Shown: positions 49,839-62,280, numbered from the stretch's first letter. The stretch: 64,000 nucleotides of DNA from Haliotis rubra (GCF_003918875.1 NW_025767109.1:310001-374000); one strand, 5' to 3'. Program-made: numbers and translations. The notes: generated from the sequence alone by a model not told the origin.

Positions 49839-51245
49839 TTGTACGATCTAAAGAACAGTCCAGAGAGGATTTATAATCTAGATGAGAAAGGTTTGATGGA
49901 GCATCACACACCCCCAAAAGTCGTCTCATCAAGTGATGTGGCCCCAGTTGCCAATGTACTTCCAAAATCAAGTACTACAACTGTGATTGGATGTGCTAAT
50001 GCTATTGGTAATGCTTTACCACCTTTCTTCATTTTCAAGGGACAGAGAATGAGGGAGGAGCTCCTTGAAGGATCGTTGCCTGGAACTGCTGGAACTGTCA
50101 GTGAAACAGGATGGTCTAACAGCCAGATCTTCAGGAACTATCTCAGTGACCATTTCCTGAAATACAGCATCCCAGCCACTAAGGAGAAGCCTGTCTAGAT
50201 TTTGTTTGATGGTCATGGTTCTCACCTTTCAGTGGCCTTGAGTGAATGGGCAAGAGAACGGAACTTGATTCTGTTTGTACTTCCCGCCCATACTTCACAC
50301 ATTTTACAGCCCATGGATGTTGGATGTGTCGGTCCTTTTGAGAGGATATATTGTAACATCCGTCACATGTATCTGCGGGAAAATGCAGCTAAGGGAGTCC
50401 GGAAACATTCGATCTGCAGATTAGGATGCAAGGCATATTCAGCTGCTCTCACACCAGCCAAAATTCAAGCATCTTTTCGTAAATGTGGAATATCACCATT
50501 CGACAAGCATGCTGTTAACAAGATCAATTTCGTACCAGCTACAGTGTACAAGAAGACAGAGAATGCAGCCATGGCAGGCACAGAGAATCAAACAAAAGCA
50601 ACAACAGTCCTGTTAACCACCTCGGCAAGTGAATTGTCAACCCAAAGAGAAAAACCAATCTCCACTTCAAAAACAACAGTCTCAAACTTTTTCCAACGGC
50701 TTGATAATGTAATCTTTGAGGATCCAAAACCCACAAAAAAGAGAAATGTGATGAGTGCAATTGTCGGAGGAAAAGCTATTACTGAAACAGCCACATTGCA
50801 GAAGATGAAGGACCGTGAAACTGCTCATCCACCACCACTGAAAAAGACAAGGGGAAAATCTACCGGAAAATCTGCTGAACCATTGCCAAGAACATCAGGG
50901 ACCAAATCATCAAACATGAAGAAAACTTTGGAAGTGTCTGACAGTGACTCAGAAATCGTTGATGATGAGGAGGAAGTGTGTTGCAAGTGTAAACTGTTCC
51001 AGCCAGTTGAGGTTAGAAGCTGTGTCTCCCTCATATTCTCGAAGTAGGCTCAATGTACACATCCTACTTGCCAGCATTGCCCTGACAGCAATGTTCGTTG
51101 GGCCAACATTGGCCCAATGATGGCCAATGTTGGCCCAACAGACATTGCTATCTGGGTGGGTACATCTTGGATTTTGCACTCCAGTTAAAACTGCGTTGCA
51201 AAATCAGAATTTTGGTGCCCATGCCATGATGAAAGAGAAGAGTAA
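49839..51245 (+). pseudogene. pogo-superfamily (Fot-like, DD35D) transposase with C-terminal PHD-like finger, 5'-truncated
   Basis: IYNLDEKG, PPFFIFKG, SETGWSN, FDGHGSH, LPAHTSHILQPMD (35 aa between D and D); stops at 50196 and 51045; CxxC..CxxxxC.HWVH..C..CPC. Confidence 0.88.
51080..51156. mobile_element. 77-bp palindromic mini-element (EnSpm/CACTA-like) inserted in the PHD coding sequence
   Basis: CCCTGACAGCAATGT / ACATTGCTATCTGGG, 2-bp TSD TG; removing it restores CAT TGG GTA CAT (HWVH). Confidence 0.75.
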
Positions 51246-52758
51246 ATGTGATTCATTCAAAGAAAAGACTGATGTAAATATTTGTGTGTGCATTTCACAG
51301 TTTTCTGACGTTAAAACTTCGTATTTGAACTGTGTGAAGTTTTTACTGTGATATAGTGAATTCTGACGATGTAATGTCCCCAACGGAGCACCGTACATCG
51401 CCTTACATTCCTCGGAAACCCTTCCATCGGACTGACCAATCAGTGTTCGAAAACTGGTGACGTCACTTCATTGATCGGATGTTGACATCGCATGCAAATG
51501 GCAGCCGCGCTTTACGAGGATGTTTCTGACATTGGAATTTGTGCTTATTGCCTGCTGGAATGTGTCAGCTAAGGTAGGAAACGTATTTTATTGTTGTCCG
51601 CTGAATTACTGATGTTTTATAAACACCCTCGCCTTATCTGTTCGAAAACCGGTTACGCGAGAATAAATATAGTTCATAGTCTCGTATTCGAGCCAGGGTC
51701 TACATCAAACACATCTTGTACTATGTGTGGTGATATTAAACATGTCAATGTAAAATATAGATGACGACACTGAAGATGGGATTAAAATCGTAATCATCAG
51801 TTCATACATACCACTATGTGTGGTGATATTAAACAATGTAAATGATCTGTCCCATCATCGGCATGAAAATCATGAATGGCAGGTTATACTCACCAAAAAT
51901 TGTCCTCCGTATGATCCCATCAAAATATTGAACAATCCCATCACGATATAGAATAATCCATCGCACAAACTCCACACATTTTGTATTGTTTCAGCAATGG
52001 AAATTAATTTCCCTCCATTTCTAAGATCAGACAAAGAAACGGCACGCACGTGGGTTCAGTAGACTAGAGTTACGTCCCTTACCTGTCTCAGTCTAAAACC
52101 GCTTCTGCCAAACCGGTTCAGTCAAACTTGGTCAAAACGGTTCGCAAACGGATCTGACTCAAAACGGTTTTATCAAAACCGGCTCACACGTGAACATTTC
52201 TAAATGATGTATTATTTTAAGTGTATATATGAATATAATAATTACAGAACATTTAATTGTTATTGCTACAGATGATGAACAGTAATGACGTTTGAACTTG
52301 AAGTTTTAACTTTTATGAATGATAATAGTATGTTGTTGAAATGACTTAACAATGAATTAACTGTTTCATCTGTAAATGAATCATGTGGCAAAATCACATA
52401 GTTCAGTGGTTCAGGGTGAATATTCCTTATATTTCAGATGGATCTCCAGGCTAAAATAGATTCTTTTGATGACTCTGTCAGTTTGATGAAGTGGGCAGAA
52501 GACCATGGTCTGTCAAACGATGAGCGAGTGAGTATGAGGTCTATATGCTTGCTGTGTAGACAGATGGAACATCAGTCAGTTGCAGCAACAACAACAACCA
52601 AAGACCAATTGGAGAAAATGACGTCTTTAGATGGCCCCAGCTCTGAAGACAGTACCTCCTTGGAGAGTATCAAAATTAATGATCAACGGCAGAAGGGTTG
52701 ACCTTGTTACTTCTTTGGAACTACGTTCAGGAGAAGGCCTGATCTTTGAAAACACAGG

Positions 52759-53882
52759 ATGACCTGCCCTAAACGTCCATCTGAAACACCCTCGTCAGCC
52801 AAGCCCAGTACCTCTAAACAAGCAGCTTTATATTCTTCAAGGAAACATTCAGGCTCTCCAGTACCAGGACCATCCCAAAAGCGCATAGACAGGGGGTCTC
52901 AGCTATCTCAGTCAATGGACAACTTGACTCAGGACAGTCTCTTTCAAGGGGATCTTGATTATGATACATATTTATCCAGTCCAGTGGGGACGAATGAATT
53001 AGATATCTATTTAGGCAGTCAACCGGGCGCTGGAAATGGAGAGGAGGTTCAACCTGCGTATGAATTTAACCTTAGAAAAGAAAGAACCTTTGCAAAACAT
53101 GCAGCTGTGGAAAGAGTGTACAAAGTGAGATTTAATGATCAGTGGAAGGGTAAAAATTTAAAAGATTTACAGGATAACTTACATGCCATGTTTGATGATG
53201 TGTTAAGAGAAGCTAGAGGAAATTTACAAGATGAAGATTTGGCTCGAGTCGTGCTTCACCATCAAAATTTGCAAAATCCCATTGTGGTCCCACTAAGACC
53301 ATTGCAAAATTTGAATGCAGATGTGATTCTAAGTCATATAGAAAATGTATTAAAAAGTCACAACAATTTGGCCTTGGACGATTCTTTCGATATTGATATT
53401 GGTTTTCTTGATATGCCCAAAGGAGGTGCAAGACATAACATATCAAATGTTCAAGAAAGTGTCAAACAAAAACTGTCCCTGGTAGAAATAAAAAATAAAG
53501 ACAGCATGTGTATGGCAAGAGCTTTAGCTGTATGTTTTGGAAAAGTTCATCGAGTGTCTAAGGCTGAATGGGAGGATCTCCTCAAGGTTCATCCTTTAGA
53601 TCAATGTGAGTGTCAGTATCTAGTCATGTCTGCCAATGACAAGAAAAATATTCATATGGCTCATTTGGCACTGAAGCACAAGAAATGTCCCCCTACACTG
53701 TTCACCAACTTGAAAAAGCATAACAACCATCAGACTCTCTTTGCCAAAACCATTTGTGACAAAGCAGTTGTGTCCAAAGAAAGAATGGCAAGTTTGACAG
53801 ATATTCCTAATTTTGAAAAAGTGCTAGGTTGTCAAATTTTGGTGGCGTGTGCCAAGTTGGGAAATAAATTCATCACCAAAGG
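52759..53882 (+). pseudogene. Maverick protein-primed DNA polymerase B, N-terminal region only (exo/pol domains deleted); ORF 52438-52701 may be its frameshifted start
   Basis: DLARVVLHHQNLQNPIVVPLRP..ADVILSHIENVLKS..DMPKGG..IKNKDSMCMARALAV resembles the Maverick polB N-terminus; similarity lost after KFITKG. Confidence 0.75.
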
Positions 53883-54196
53883 AATGTGTCATGTGTCTCT
53901 GAATATTCCTTCAACAACCAACGTGGAACTACCTCCTGTATTGAAACGTACCATTATCTCTCTATGGTGCATACTTGTGTTGTTAAAAACCGTGGGATAC
54001 TCACTGACTCTAACATGGAGGGGTAGGAGTATGTTACCCATGGACTATATTGTGAATGACAGCCATTACACGAATGACTCAGCTGGAGGAGAGTATAAAT
54101 AGCAGTGACTTTGTTTGTCATGGTCTTTGAGGGAGTCATCCACGAATAAGACTGTTGTGTATATAAATTTTGGTGAACATTGAATGAAACGCCATT

Positions 54197-54517
54197 ATGT
54201 CTAAGACACTCAGACAGAACGGATATTTCTTACGGTTTTTGCAGGAGAGTACATCCGCTGTTCAAAAGAAGTTACTGTTGCAAAGTGCGACTGCTGAACA
54301 ATTAAAAGCCTTGGTAGAGATTATTTATAATCTGTTACATTCAGATGTACCTCTGTCAAAGAAACATTTGACTGCACTGAGAAAACACAGAAAAGTGTTA
54401 CGTTTTCTTGGTAATAAAACCATATCTCATGCACAGAAAAAACAATTACTGTCAAAAAGTGTGGCTGTCATTAGTTTAGTGTTGAAGGTTGTTGGGCCTT
54501 TATTGAAGACTTTGTAA
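54197..54517 (+). CDS. Conserved small basic Maverick protein (PM-like), intact ORF
   Basis: FLRFL..QKKLLL..QLKALVEIIYNLL..VPLSKKH..LRKHRKVLRFL..KKQLL pattern typical of Maverick small ORFs; TATAAAT upstream. Confidence 0.75.
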   Translation: MSKTLRQNGYFLRFLQESTSAVQKKLLLQSATAEQLKALVEIIYNLLHSDVPLSKKHLTALRKHRKVLRFLGNKTISHAQKKQLLSKSVAVISLVLKVVGPLLKTL

Positions 54518-55059
54518 TGGAGCATATCCCAGAACAGGTGCTCATTCCTATGAATAGATATAAACGGCTCTTGAAATATCATGTGAATCCAATAAGTGGT
54601 GGGAAAATGGATATGTCATCAGATATAAATCATCATACCACCATTGATGATGAATCAGAACCCATGGATACCAGTTTGATTCTGAGTGTGCTCCCCAAAC
54701 CTTACAGACAGAGAGGTGCTGCTTTATTGAGACACATACAAAATGATCCCGACCAAAGACTGTCATGAAATCGGAAAGGTGTACTCATCTACCTGGGTCA
54801 AGTCATTCAGGGGAGTCATATTGCAGACTTACTCAAGGACTCACAGTATCTGTATAAACGTTTTCAACCCAAGGGAATGACTGAATTTTATCAGGCCTTA
54901 AAAGACATACATGTGCCGCAAGGACTTGTAGGCAACAGACAACGGCTGGAAGTGGAAATGAATTCCAAAACACTGACACTGAGGTCTAAACTTCCTGGAA
55001 TACCAGCGCATACTCAACAGAGGAAACAGAAGAAGCCTTTCAAATGGATTACATTGTAA
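54517..55059 (+). pseudogene. Conserved Maverick protein (PW-like), premature TGA at 54766
   Basis: LPKPYRQRGAALL..LS*NRKGVLIYLGQVIQGSHIADLLKD..PKGMTEFYQAL..VPQGLVGN..WITL; TAATG overlap with the upstream ORF. Confidence 0.75.
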
Positions 55060-55357
55060 ATTTATGCATGTGGTTGTAAAGTAGACTGTGGGTTGACCCC
55101 TAACCTGTTGTTCTACTCCTGTGAAAAGGGGTCATTAAAACTTGAAAAAGATGTATATGTTCTTGTTTGTCTGTAGACATCTATAATAATAATAACAGAA
55201 CACAGTGCCATACCTCCCAACCGTCCTTCTCCGATTGGGGACTTCTGTGGGCTGGCTAAATTTCAGTGTTTTTTATATTTATTTCCAAGTACATTATCTC
55301 ATCACTATGAACATGAAACATAGTTAACATCACTAAATCTAGATAGTATGGACAGTT

Positions 55358-55825
55358 TTACACACATACATTAAAATACTTAGAAGCATAGTCATACATC
55401 ATGGCATCATTGACCATTGTATTTGAAGTGAAACTACTTTGAATGTCATACAACACATGTCCTTTACATTTCATCATAATGTAGTAAACACAATAGAATC
55501 CACAGGTAGAGCTGTCACTGCTTTGAAGTACTTTGGTATTGTATTCATAACATGATACATTTTTACATAAAAAGTCTTGAATTTCTCTTCGATAGTAACT
55601 GGGTCTTTCTCCAAAGCTGTCAAAGTATTCTCCATAATTTGGTGAATGTAACCAAATAGCGATCCAATGCTGACCTCCTTGTGTTGAATCTTGGGTATTG
55701 ACGATAAAACCTCGAGGGTAGGAGATGATTTTCTTAGGAAGTTAGTCTGCTGCACCTATTGTGACATTTAACTGTTTTGTGATTCCATCCGTATTGAGGG
55801 CACACATCAGTTGGAGTGAAATCAT
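55358..55825 (-). pseudogene. Adenain-like maturation cysteine protease (one stop, one frameshift)
   Basis: Manual translation: FIVNTQDSTQGGQHWIAIW..EYFDSFG / LQSSDSSTCGFYC; ATGA overlap with the MCP stop. Confidence 0.88.
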
Positions 55826-57068
55826 GGTGTAGAGTACAATATATTTCTTGCGTTATCCACTGTTAGCATGAGATTATCCTCGGAATAGAGAATCAGATTT
55901 GTTGTCTCAGGTAATGCCGTGCTAAACGGAAGGTTAAGCCTTACGCTTCCTCTTTTTATCAGATCCAAGTAGTCGTCTTTCAAATGATATGGTTCTAGAC
56001 AAAACTGGTACAGAGCATATCCGCGCTTAAAGTCGTACCTGTCGATATCGAACCCTCTGGATGCTCTTCCTTCAAACAATGTATTATAAGCTGTAATGTA
56101 CTGTTTATCAGTAACCCGTAGGGGTTCCCCTGGCAGTGATTCTCCATCCACATAAAGAACAATAGAACTGAGATTATACATTTGAAAATTAAAGGGAGAT
56201 TTGGTGTAACTTCCATTGACGGCTTATGCAGATACCAATGCTACTACAATTTTATTGGGGACCTTGTTTTGAAACAAATTATCCTCTGTGTAGTTCAGCT
56301 GTCCTTTGGGTAAAGATACAGTTTTTATTCACTTTTGGTGAAAGGATACTTTGCTGTGTGATGGGTGAGAACTTTGGCATGACTGGTGGTGATCGCTGAG
56401 CTGGGTCGAATTTTACACATTCGCAGATAGATATCTTCTATTTTCACCTTGTAACTGGGTGAGTCTTCTCCAGACATGAGATTAAATGCAGCAGGGGTGC
56501 GGAACATTCGTATTTGTAAATCCACGCCATTAATCAAGTAGCGTGTTGAATCCATCAGATCTTCATAGAGAGGTCTACACATATCCACGGTTCCAAGACA
56601 AGTGTATTCATATCTTCCCAATAAACCTGTGTTGCTTGAATTAGGATGAGGTTCCTCCAAATAATCCGCACCGTCTTTGTAATAGAGTTGAGATTGTAGT
56701 AGAGATGTTTTCGATGATGTGGTTTCGTTGAGAAGACCCTTGATATAACTCTTGTAATCAACTTGAGAGAACAGACTTTGAAGCCATAAATTGACTGGTG
56801 CTGTTTTTCCATCTGTTGTAATGTCTGTTCCATCTGTTTTGATTATCTTGGCCTGCACATGTAAGTGAGTTCTCCTCAAGTCAATGTAATCTACCCCTTG
56901 CCCTGAGATGTTAAATTCAATGGGGCTGGAATCTGTTGTAATTTGAGACGTTGGTCTGTAGGTCATGTAATACTGTTTATCTACCGCTGTATAGGTAGGA
57001 GATACAGTGAAGAGATCAAATTCATCAGTGTTAGCTTCAACGGATACACTTTCTGTGTATGAAGCCAT
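55822..57068 (-). pseudogene. Maverick double-jelly-roll major capsid protein (stops at 56325 and ~56224, small deletion)
   Basis: EFDLFTVSPT..YRPTSQI..PIEFNISG..YIDL..PVNLWLQSLFSQVD; DNLFQNKVPNKIVV; PFNFQ; GYALYQF..GSVRLNL. Confidence 0.9.
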
Positions 57069-57474
57069 TATTTCTTTTTTTTTGGTGGGTTTGTCCAAGT
57101 TATCTCCAGAGCCACTTCTTTTAGATGTGCACAGCTTGTGCTTCTGGGAAGAACTGTTTTTTCCAGCTTTAGTTCCCCTTTTTTATGGGTTTCTTCTGCA
57201 TCTGAATAAGAGCCTTGGCCTGTTAGACCACTTGTTGAGTAAGGGTAACGAAATTAATCTTAGGTTGCTCTGTGGTTTCTGGTTTTTGTTTGTCTTTCTT
57301 CCACTCTGGATCATACAGTTCCAAATAACGAACGACAGACATCATGGCAGATTTTTCTCCTCCACGTATTATGGAATGATAAGGATCTCCTTTCCCTTCA
57401 GCCCTGAGCATGTAAAACCGTGTCCATTTATCAGCATCGGGTACGAAGAGTTTGTATTGTGGATTATTCATGAT
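57068..57474 (-). pseudogene. Small basic core-like Maverick protein, premature stop at 57223
   Basis: FVPDADKWTRFY..INFVTLTQQVV*QAKALIQMQKKPIKR then a Lys-rich tail; lies between minor and major capsid. Confidence 0.55.
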
Positions 57475-57785
57475 GAAAACCAAAATGGGAGCGGCCTGAG
57501 GTGAAGCGTCACTGTCACTGGTCCACGGATAAATGAAGTTGGATTGCCCTCATGGTCTTTTATATAGACATCCACAGTCTGAAAATCTCTGAGATTCATA
57601 GGGACATACTGACACTGAGAAAATGAAAAAGAACGTTCTTTTTGGTTTTCCGTGAGACATCTCTCCCAGAGCCGTGAAATGGTGCTTTGGTGAACATTCA
57701 TCCGTCGGGCAATTGCACGTTGAGACTGGCCAGCTTCAAGCAAACCAATGGCGATATGACGGTTGGCTTCACTTAGACGTGGCAT
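57468..57785 (-). CDS. Chimeric ORF: Tc1 transposase HTH (~aa1-42) fused to the Maverick minor-capsid C-terminus
   Basis: MPRLSEANRHIAIGLLEAGQSQRAIARRMNVHQSTISRLWER + QYVPMNLRDFQTVDVYIKDHEGNPTSFIRGPVTVTLHLR; expression unknown. Confidence 0.6.
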   Translation of the reverse strand: MPRLSEANRHIAIGLLEAGQSQRAIARRMNVHQSTISRLWERCLTENQKERSFSFSQCQYVPMNLRDFQTVDVYIKDHEGNPTSFIRGPVTVTLHLRPLPFWFSS

Positions 57786-57946
57786 TTTGCGTTCGTCAAC
57801 AATATTCCAAATACAGTGAATAATCGACAGATAGCGATCAACCTTTTATACCCATCATTGAGACTATCTGATCCCCAACTTTCACGTGCATTACATGTGA
57901 ATTGTGTATTCTGTGACACTACACGCCGAAATTGAAAATCATGCTG
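57658..57946 (-). mobile_element. Tc1 5' fragment from a different family than the 28.7-kb copy
   Basis: HTH coding start plus upstream TATAAAA (57850-57844) and CACGTG. Confidence 0.75.
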
Positions 57947-58200
57947 TTAAATATTGTTAGATTTGTTAGAGTATAGTTTTGTAGTATATTGTAAAGATAA
58001 TTTTATACGTTGTTGTGTAAGAGATGGCTCATCTGCTTCGACGCAGAGACTGTCAACAGGAGAAGTTCTAAAAGATCCAAGACAAAGTCTGAGACCTTTG
58101 TGATGGATAGAATCTAATATTTTAAGGTTGCTTTTACAGGCTCCACCATATACAATGGATCCATAATCAGGTTTGCAGCGAATGAGTGATCTGTAGGGTA
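57947..58200 (-). mobile_element. I/Nimb-clade LINE fragment (post-RT region)
   Basis: YRSLIRCKPDYGSIVYG..LDSIHHKGLRLCLGSFRTSPVDSLCVEADEP. Confidence 0.82.
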
Positions 58201-59574
58201 GTTTGATTCGAATACACAGAGTCAAGTGTTAAGGTAGTGAGGCATACTTGAGAAGTGTGTACACTGTCATGTGTGAAGTATCCACGTGTTCTTTGACATG
58301 TGAAAATGTTCCTGTTCATATTGTGAAATGTTCCGTGTTTCGCAAATATTTGAATGTTCACGTTGAAGAGTGCAACTTCCAGATACATCGGTTGAAATAG
58401 CCATTGTGAAAGCACTGAGCGATGACCTTTTCATGTTTCACGAATATCTGAATTATGACTTTAGTGGGTGCAACCTCCAGATACATCCAGAATGTGTCAG
58501 TTTAAATGTCCATTGTGAAAGCATTAATCGAAGACCTCATCAAAGGTTCAGCATATGTAAAACAACTTACTATAACTAACCATAAAACGAATATTATTCA
58601 GAGCTCTGACAAAGACTCTTTCTGTGTCACAAGTGATATAGCAGCCTTTGAAAAAAATCACAGCAATTCTTTTCATTCTTTGAAGTTTTTTTTTCAGTTT
58701 CATTTTTAGATAAATAAAAGGAACATTCCTTTCTGTGTCAAATTCTCAGGGACTTGAATTAACGTGATGACAAAAAAAGCCAAATTAATAACCAGGATGT
58801 AAGGAGTGCTATCATTTTACTTGTGGGTATAACTCAACTCTGACGCAAAGGACGAGCGTTTGAAGATTGCCTTGTCATTTCTACATTGATATGCTGAATA
58901 GGCTCACAAGACGTCCGTATTGAGATACTTGCGCTGATGTACAACCACACTAAATTCTCGAGTACACTATGAAAAACCGCCATGGCCTTGGCGTCAAAGT
59001 CGTAATTACAATGTTGTAAATAACGCCAGTTTCGTTTTTTTCTGCAAGACTGCATTAGTCCCCTTAAGTGATAACCTTCAAGCTAAGTACGATATTAGAT
59101 TGAGTTTTCTCTCGACAAACAACGTTAAAGTTTAAACTTGTTAGATTTTATACATCCTATCCATTAATCACGCCTATGTCTTTCCTCTGTCTCCCTACGT
59201 TGAGTGGGGATCGGGGTCATTTATCACAACGAACTGGCTGTACCATTGTTCACATGAATGTAATTGGGGAGAGGGATGTTCAACAGGGTATTGTCATACT
59301 ATCATGAAGTCAAGTCTGAATGTGATTATTGATCCCCATAGTCGAATTGAACCCATCCAGTCAATAGCCCCGCGATGTTTGGTGGACCTTTCTATATCAC
59401 TGCCATATTGCTACATCAAACAAACAGTTTAGTCATAGAGAAGGGAAAAAGGTAATATTGATTAAATATGTTTGAAGATTGGGATCGTATGGCCACAGTG
59501 TTGATCGGGTCGGAACGGCTGGTATATTTTTATAATTGAAACTGTTGAATAAACTATATTTCCTGAAGGGCATG

Positions 59575-60232
59575 TAGTGTAGGCCCTGGGCATTAAATAG
59601 AGCACGGATTGCTCACAAGGTGATACAAGCATGAAACTTGGCACAAATGTTCATAAGAACCTACTGAACAATTTCAGGGGTGGAGCCACTCAGATTTCAG
59701 TGTTGCATAGCAACGGTTGATAGGCAAAGCACCGGCACCAATGACACAGTTTCTGATCAATTGTGAGGTGCTATGATTCTGCATCGCAGCTCATTGTTCT
59801 AAAATCACTGTAAAATGATTGAAGAAGTTATATGCTAGCAATGTAAAAAAAAGAACAATTCCTACACAAAAATAAAATAAAGACAGGGCTGTGATATACC
59901 AGCTTTTCGTAGCCATCTTTATCTCAAATGAGCGATGATGTCTTCAACAATAACGAAAGCGATGATTTTAACTCGTAGATTTCATATTACAGCAACAATT
60001 TGGGTGGCCTGAATGACATCCGGTGAGTCAGTATCACACATTGTTCAGAAACTGCGTCGTTGGTGTCGATTGCTAAGCAAATGCTTTGCCTAGCAACCGT
60101 TGCTATGCAACACTGAAATCTGAGTGGCTCCACCCCTGAAATTGTTCAGTAGGTTCTTATGAACATTTGTGGGTAAGAAGTTTCATGCTTGTATCACCTT
60201 GTGAGCAATTCTTTCACCTATTACCTAGACTA
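59575..60232. mobile_element. Non-autonomous Academ-like element with long TIRs
   Basis: TAG...CTA termini, ~150-200-bp inverted arms, 3-bp TSD ATG. Confidence 0.75.
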
Positions 60233-61779
60233 ATGTATCTGCTCTCTTCTGAAACCTTGTCACAAGATATATATGTATATTGTACATCGCATACCTCTAC
60301 AAATGCAAACATACCCTCTGTATTCTTACACAATGGTTTACTTGTACCCTCTTCGACCAGGTTGGTTTGCTGACATCCTACAGACAAAATAATATTCTTC
60401 AAAATACGGAAACATGCAAACTCTCACGGGGAACAGCGTTCAGTGGTAAATATAGCATGTGTATCAATGCGGCTAACGTTTTACAGTATAAATGGCCAGA
60501 GTGTGTTCCGTCTACACACACCAAACATCGAAACCTTAAATAACTTGTCACACAAGTGTCAATCCAGTTGGGCACATTTAATTCCCCAAAACATCAATAT
60601 TTTGCTTTAATAGTAATAACGTTTGTCATGATTTCGATAATAAAAACATTTGCTTGGTGGTAAAAGGTTTAAGACCGTTCTTTCTGATTAAAATCTATCC
60701 GATAAACCTGCACTAATACACAAGAAACTTATACGCGAGCGCAAACATGCATACTGAGTAAATGGATAAAATACAGAAATTCACAATTTGTAATGCGACG
60801 TAATGAATAATCGATATGTAGCATCGTCAATGGTTTGTCTATTTTCAAGACGCGCCTGCTTTCCGTTGTCCGTGGTGTTACAAACTCTTGTATGTTAAAC
60901 GTTCTTAATAAGAACGATCTTGTAGATTGGTACCAATCTGGGCCAATTGCAAAGAAGAACATGTTTCTCAGTTTACTTGGACTAAAGTTTAATAGAACTG
61001 TCGGAAAAGTGCCAAGAAGATGACTGATTTTGATTAATCCCTCAATGTCAATAGCAAAGCCTGGCGTACAGTCTAGACAGTGTTGAGTTGATCTGCCTAC
61101 CAGCTGCACTCTTCACATAATGAAGCTGTCCTCGTCTTATACAGTGAACCAAGGTAAACTTCTGCCCGACTCTCATCGTATTATTCCTTATGTGTTTCCC
61201 CCCTACATCATTGAAGCAAAATTAGTAAATGAATTAATTTTCGGTAATGATTAATAGCCACCAAATCCACCGCTTGACTCTAAATATTAGTTAATGCCAT
61301 CAATTTATCCACCAGAGACAAGTCTTTGATTTAATGACGAAAGAATTGCAGAGATGTCAAGCAATTTTTGAAAGTGCACAGTCGTTAAGGGAAAGGTTTG
61401 ATCATTAATATAACGCCACTCTCACTTCATAGTAATGGAATTGTTCAGGCGTTGGTTATTCCAGTTGCTACAAAGTTTCCAGGCAGTAAATAAGTTACGA
61501 TATGAGAGATCCGGATAAATAAATCACGTATTGATTGCTGAGTGTGCACTGCTGAAGGTTGAGGAATGGCGCCCGGCCACCTACGGGCACGGCGTTACCA
61601 CTACATCACGTCAGTCGGCTCCGAGTTTTGGCAGTGCACTTCATTAAAGACTGATAAATGAAATATGTGTTTATAATGTCTACGTATCAGAATGTCATTG
61701 TCATATTATCTATCCCTAGAGAAATGTACATATACACAAATGTTTTTTGACCAATGTACTGTGATGCTATAGCCACTAG

Positions 61780-62142
61780 TATTCTACTGCTGCTACTGCT
61801 AACACTAACACTTCAACTGTAACTGCGAAAACTATTACCACCACCCACCACCACCAGTACTGTACTGCAACTACTGACCCTACTCCTTCTACTCCTACAC
61901 CTCCTCATACTACTGCTGCTACTACTACTACTACTAGTAGTAGCACAATAACTACTACTACTACTACTAGCACAATTACTACTATTACTACTACTACCAC
62001 GATTACTACTACTACTTCTACTACTTCAACTGCTTCAGCTGCTGCTACAACTACATCTACAACTACTGCTGCTGAGAAATGTACAAAATGACTACTAAGT
62101 ATTGCTATTCTACTACTGCTTCTGCTACTACTACTGCTACTT

Positions 62143-62181
<39 letters not shown>

Positions 62182-62280
62182 TTACTGCTACTTCTACCAC
62201 GTCTTCTGCTATTACTACAACTGCTTCAGAAGCTGCTGCTACTACTACAACTTCATCTAGAACTTCTACTGCTGGTACTG
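61780..62280. repeat. Degenerate (ACT/GCT)n tract
   Basis: Direct observation. Confidence 0.9.

Larger units (their letters stand above)
52438..57657. mobile_element. Maverick/Polinton endogenous virus remnant
   Basis: pPolB N-terminal region plus two conserved small ORFs (+) convergent with protease, major capsid, core-like and minor capsid genes (-); boundaries not resolved. Confidence 0.9.

Noticed and set aside
47450-52437. Maverick terminal inverted repeat, integrase or ATPase
   Set aside because: No matching terminal pair or motifs found; the left boundary of the virus is unresolved
60729-61109. 126-aa minus-strand ORF
   Set aside because: Non-ATG start, no recognisable domain and no convincing splice context
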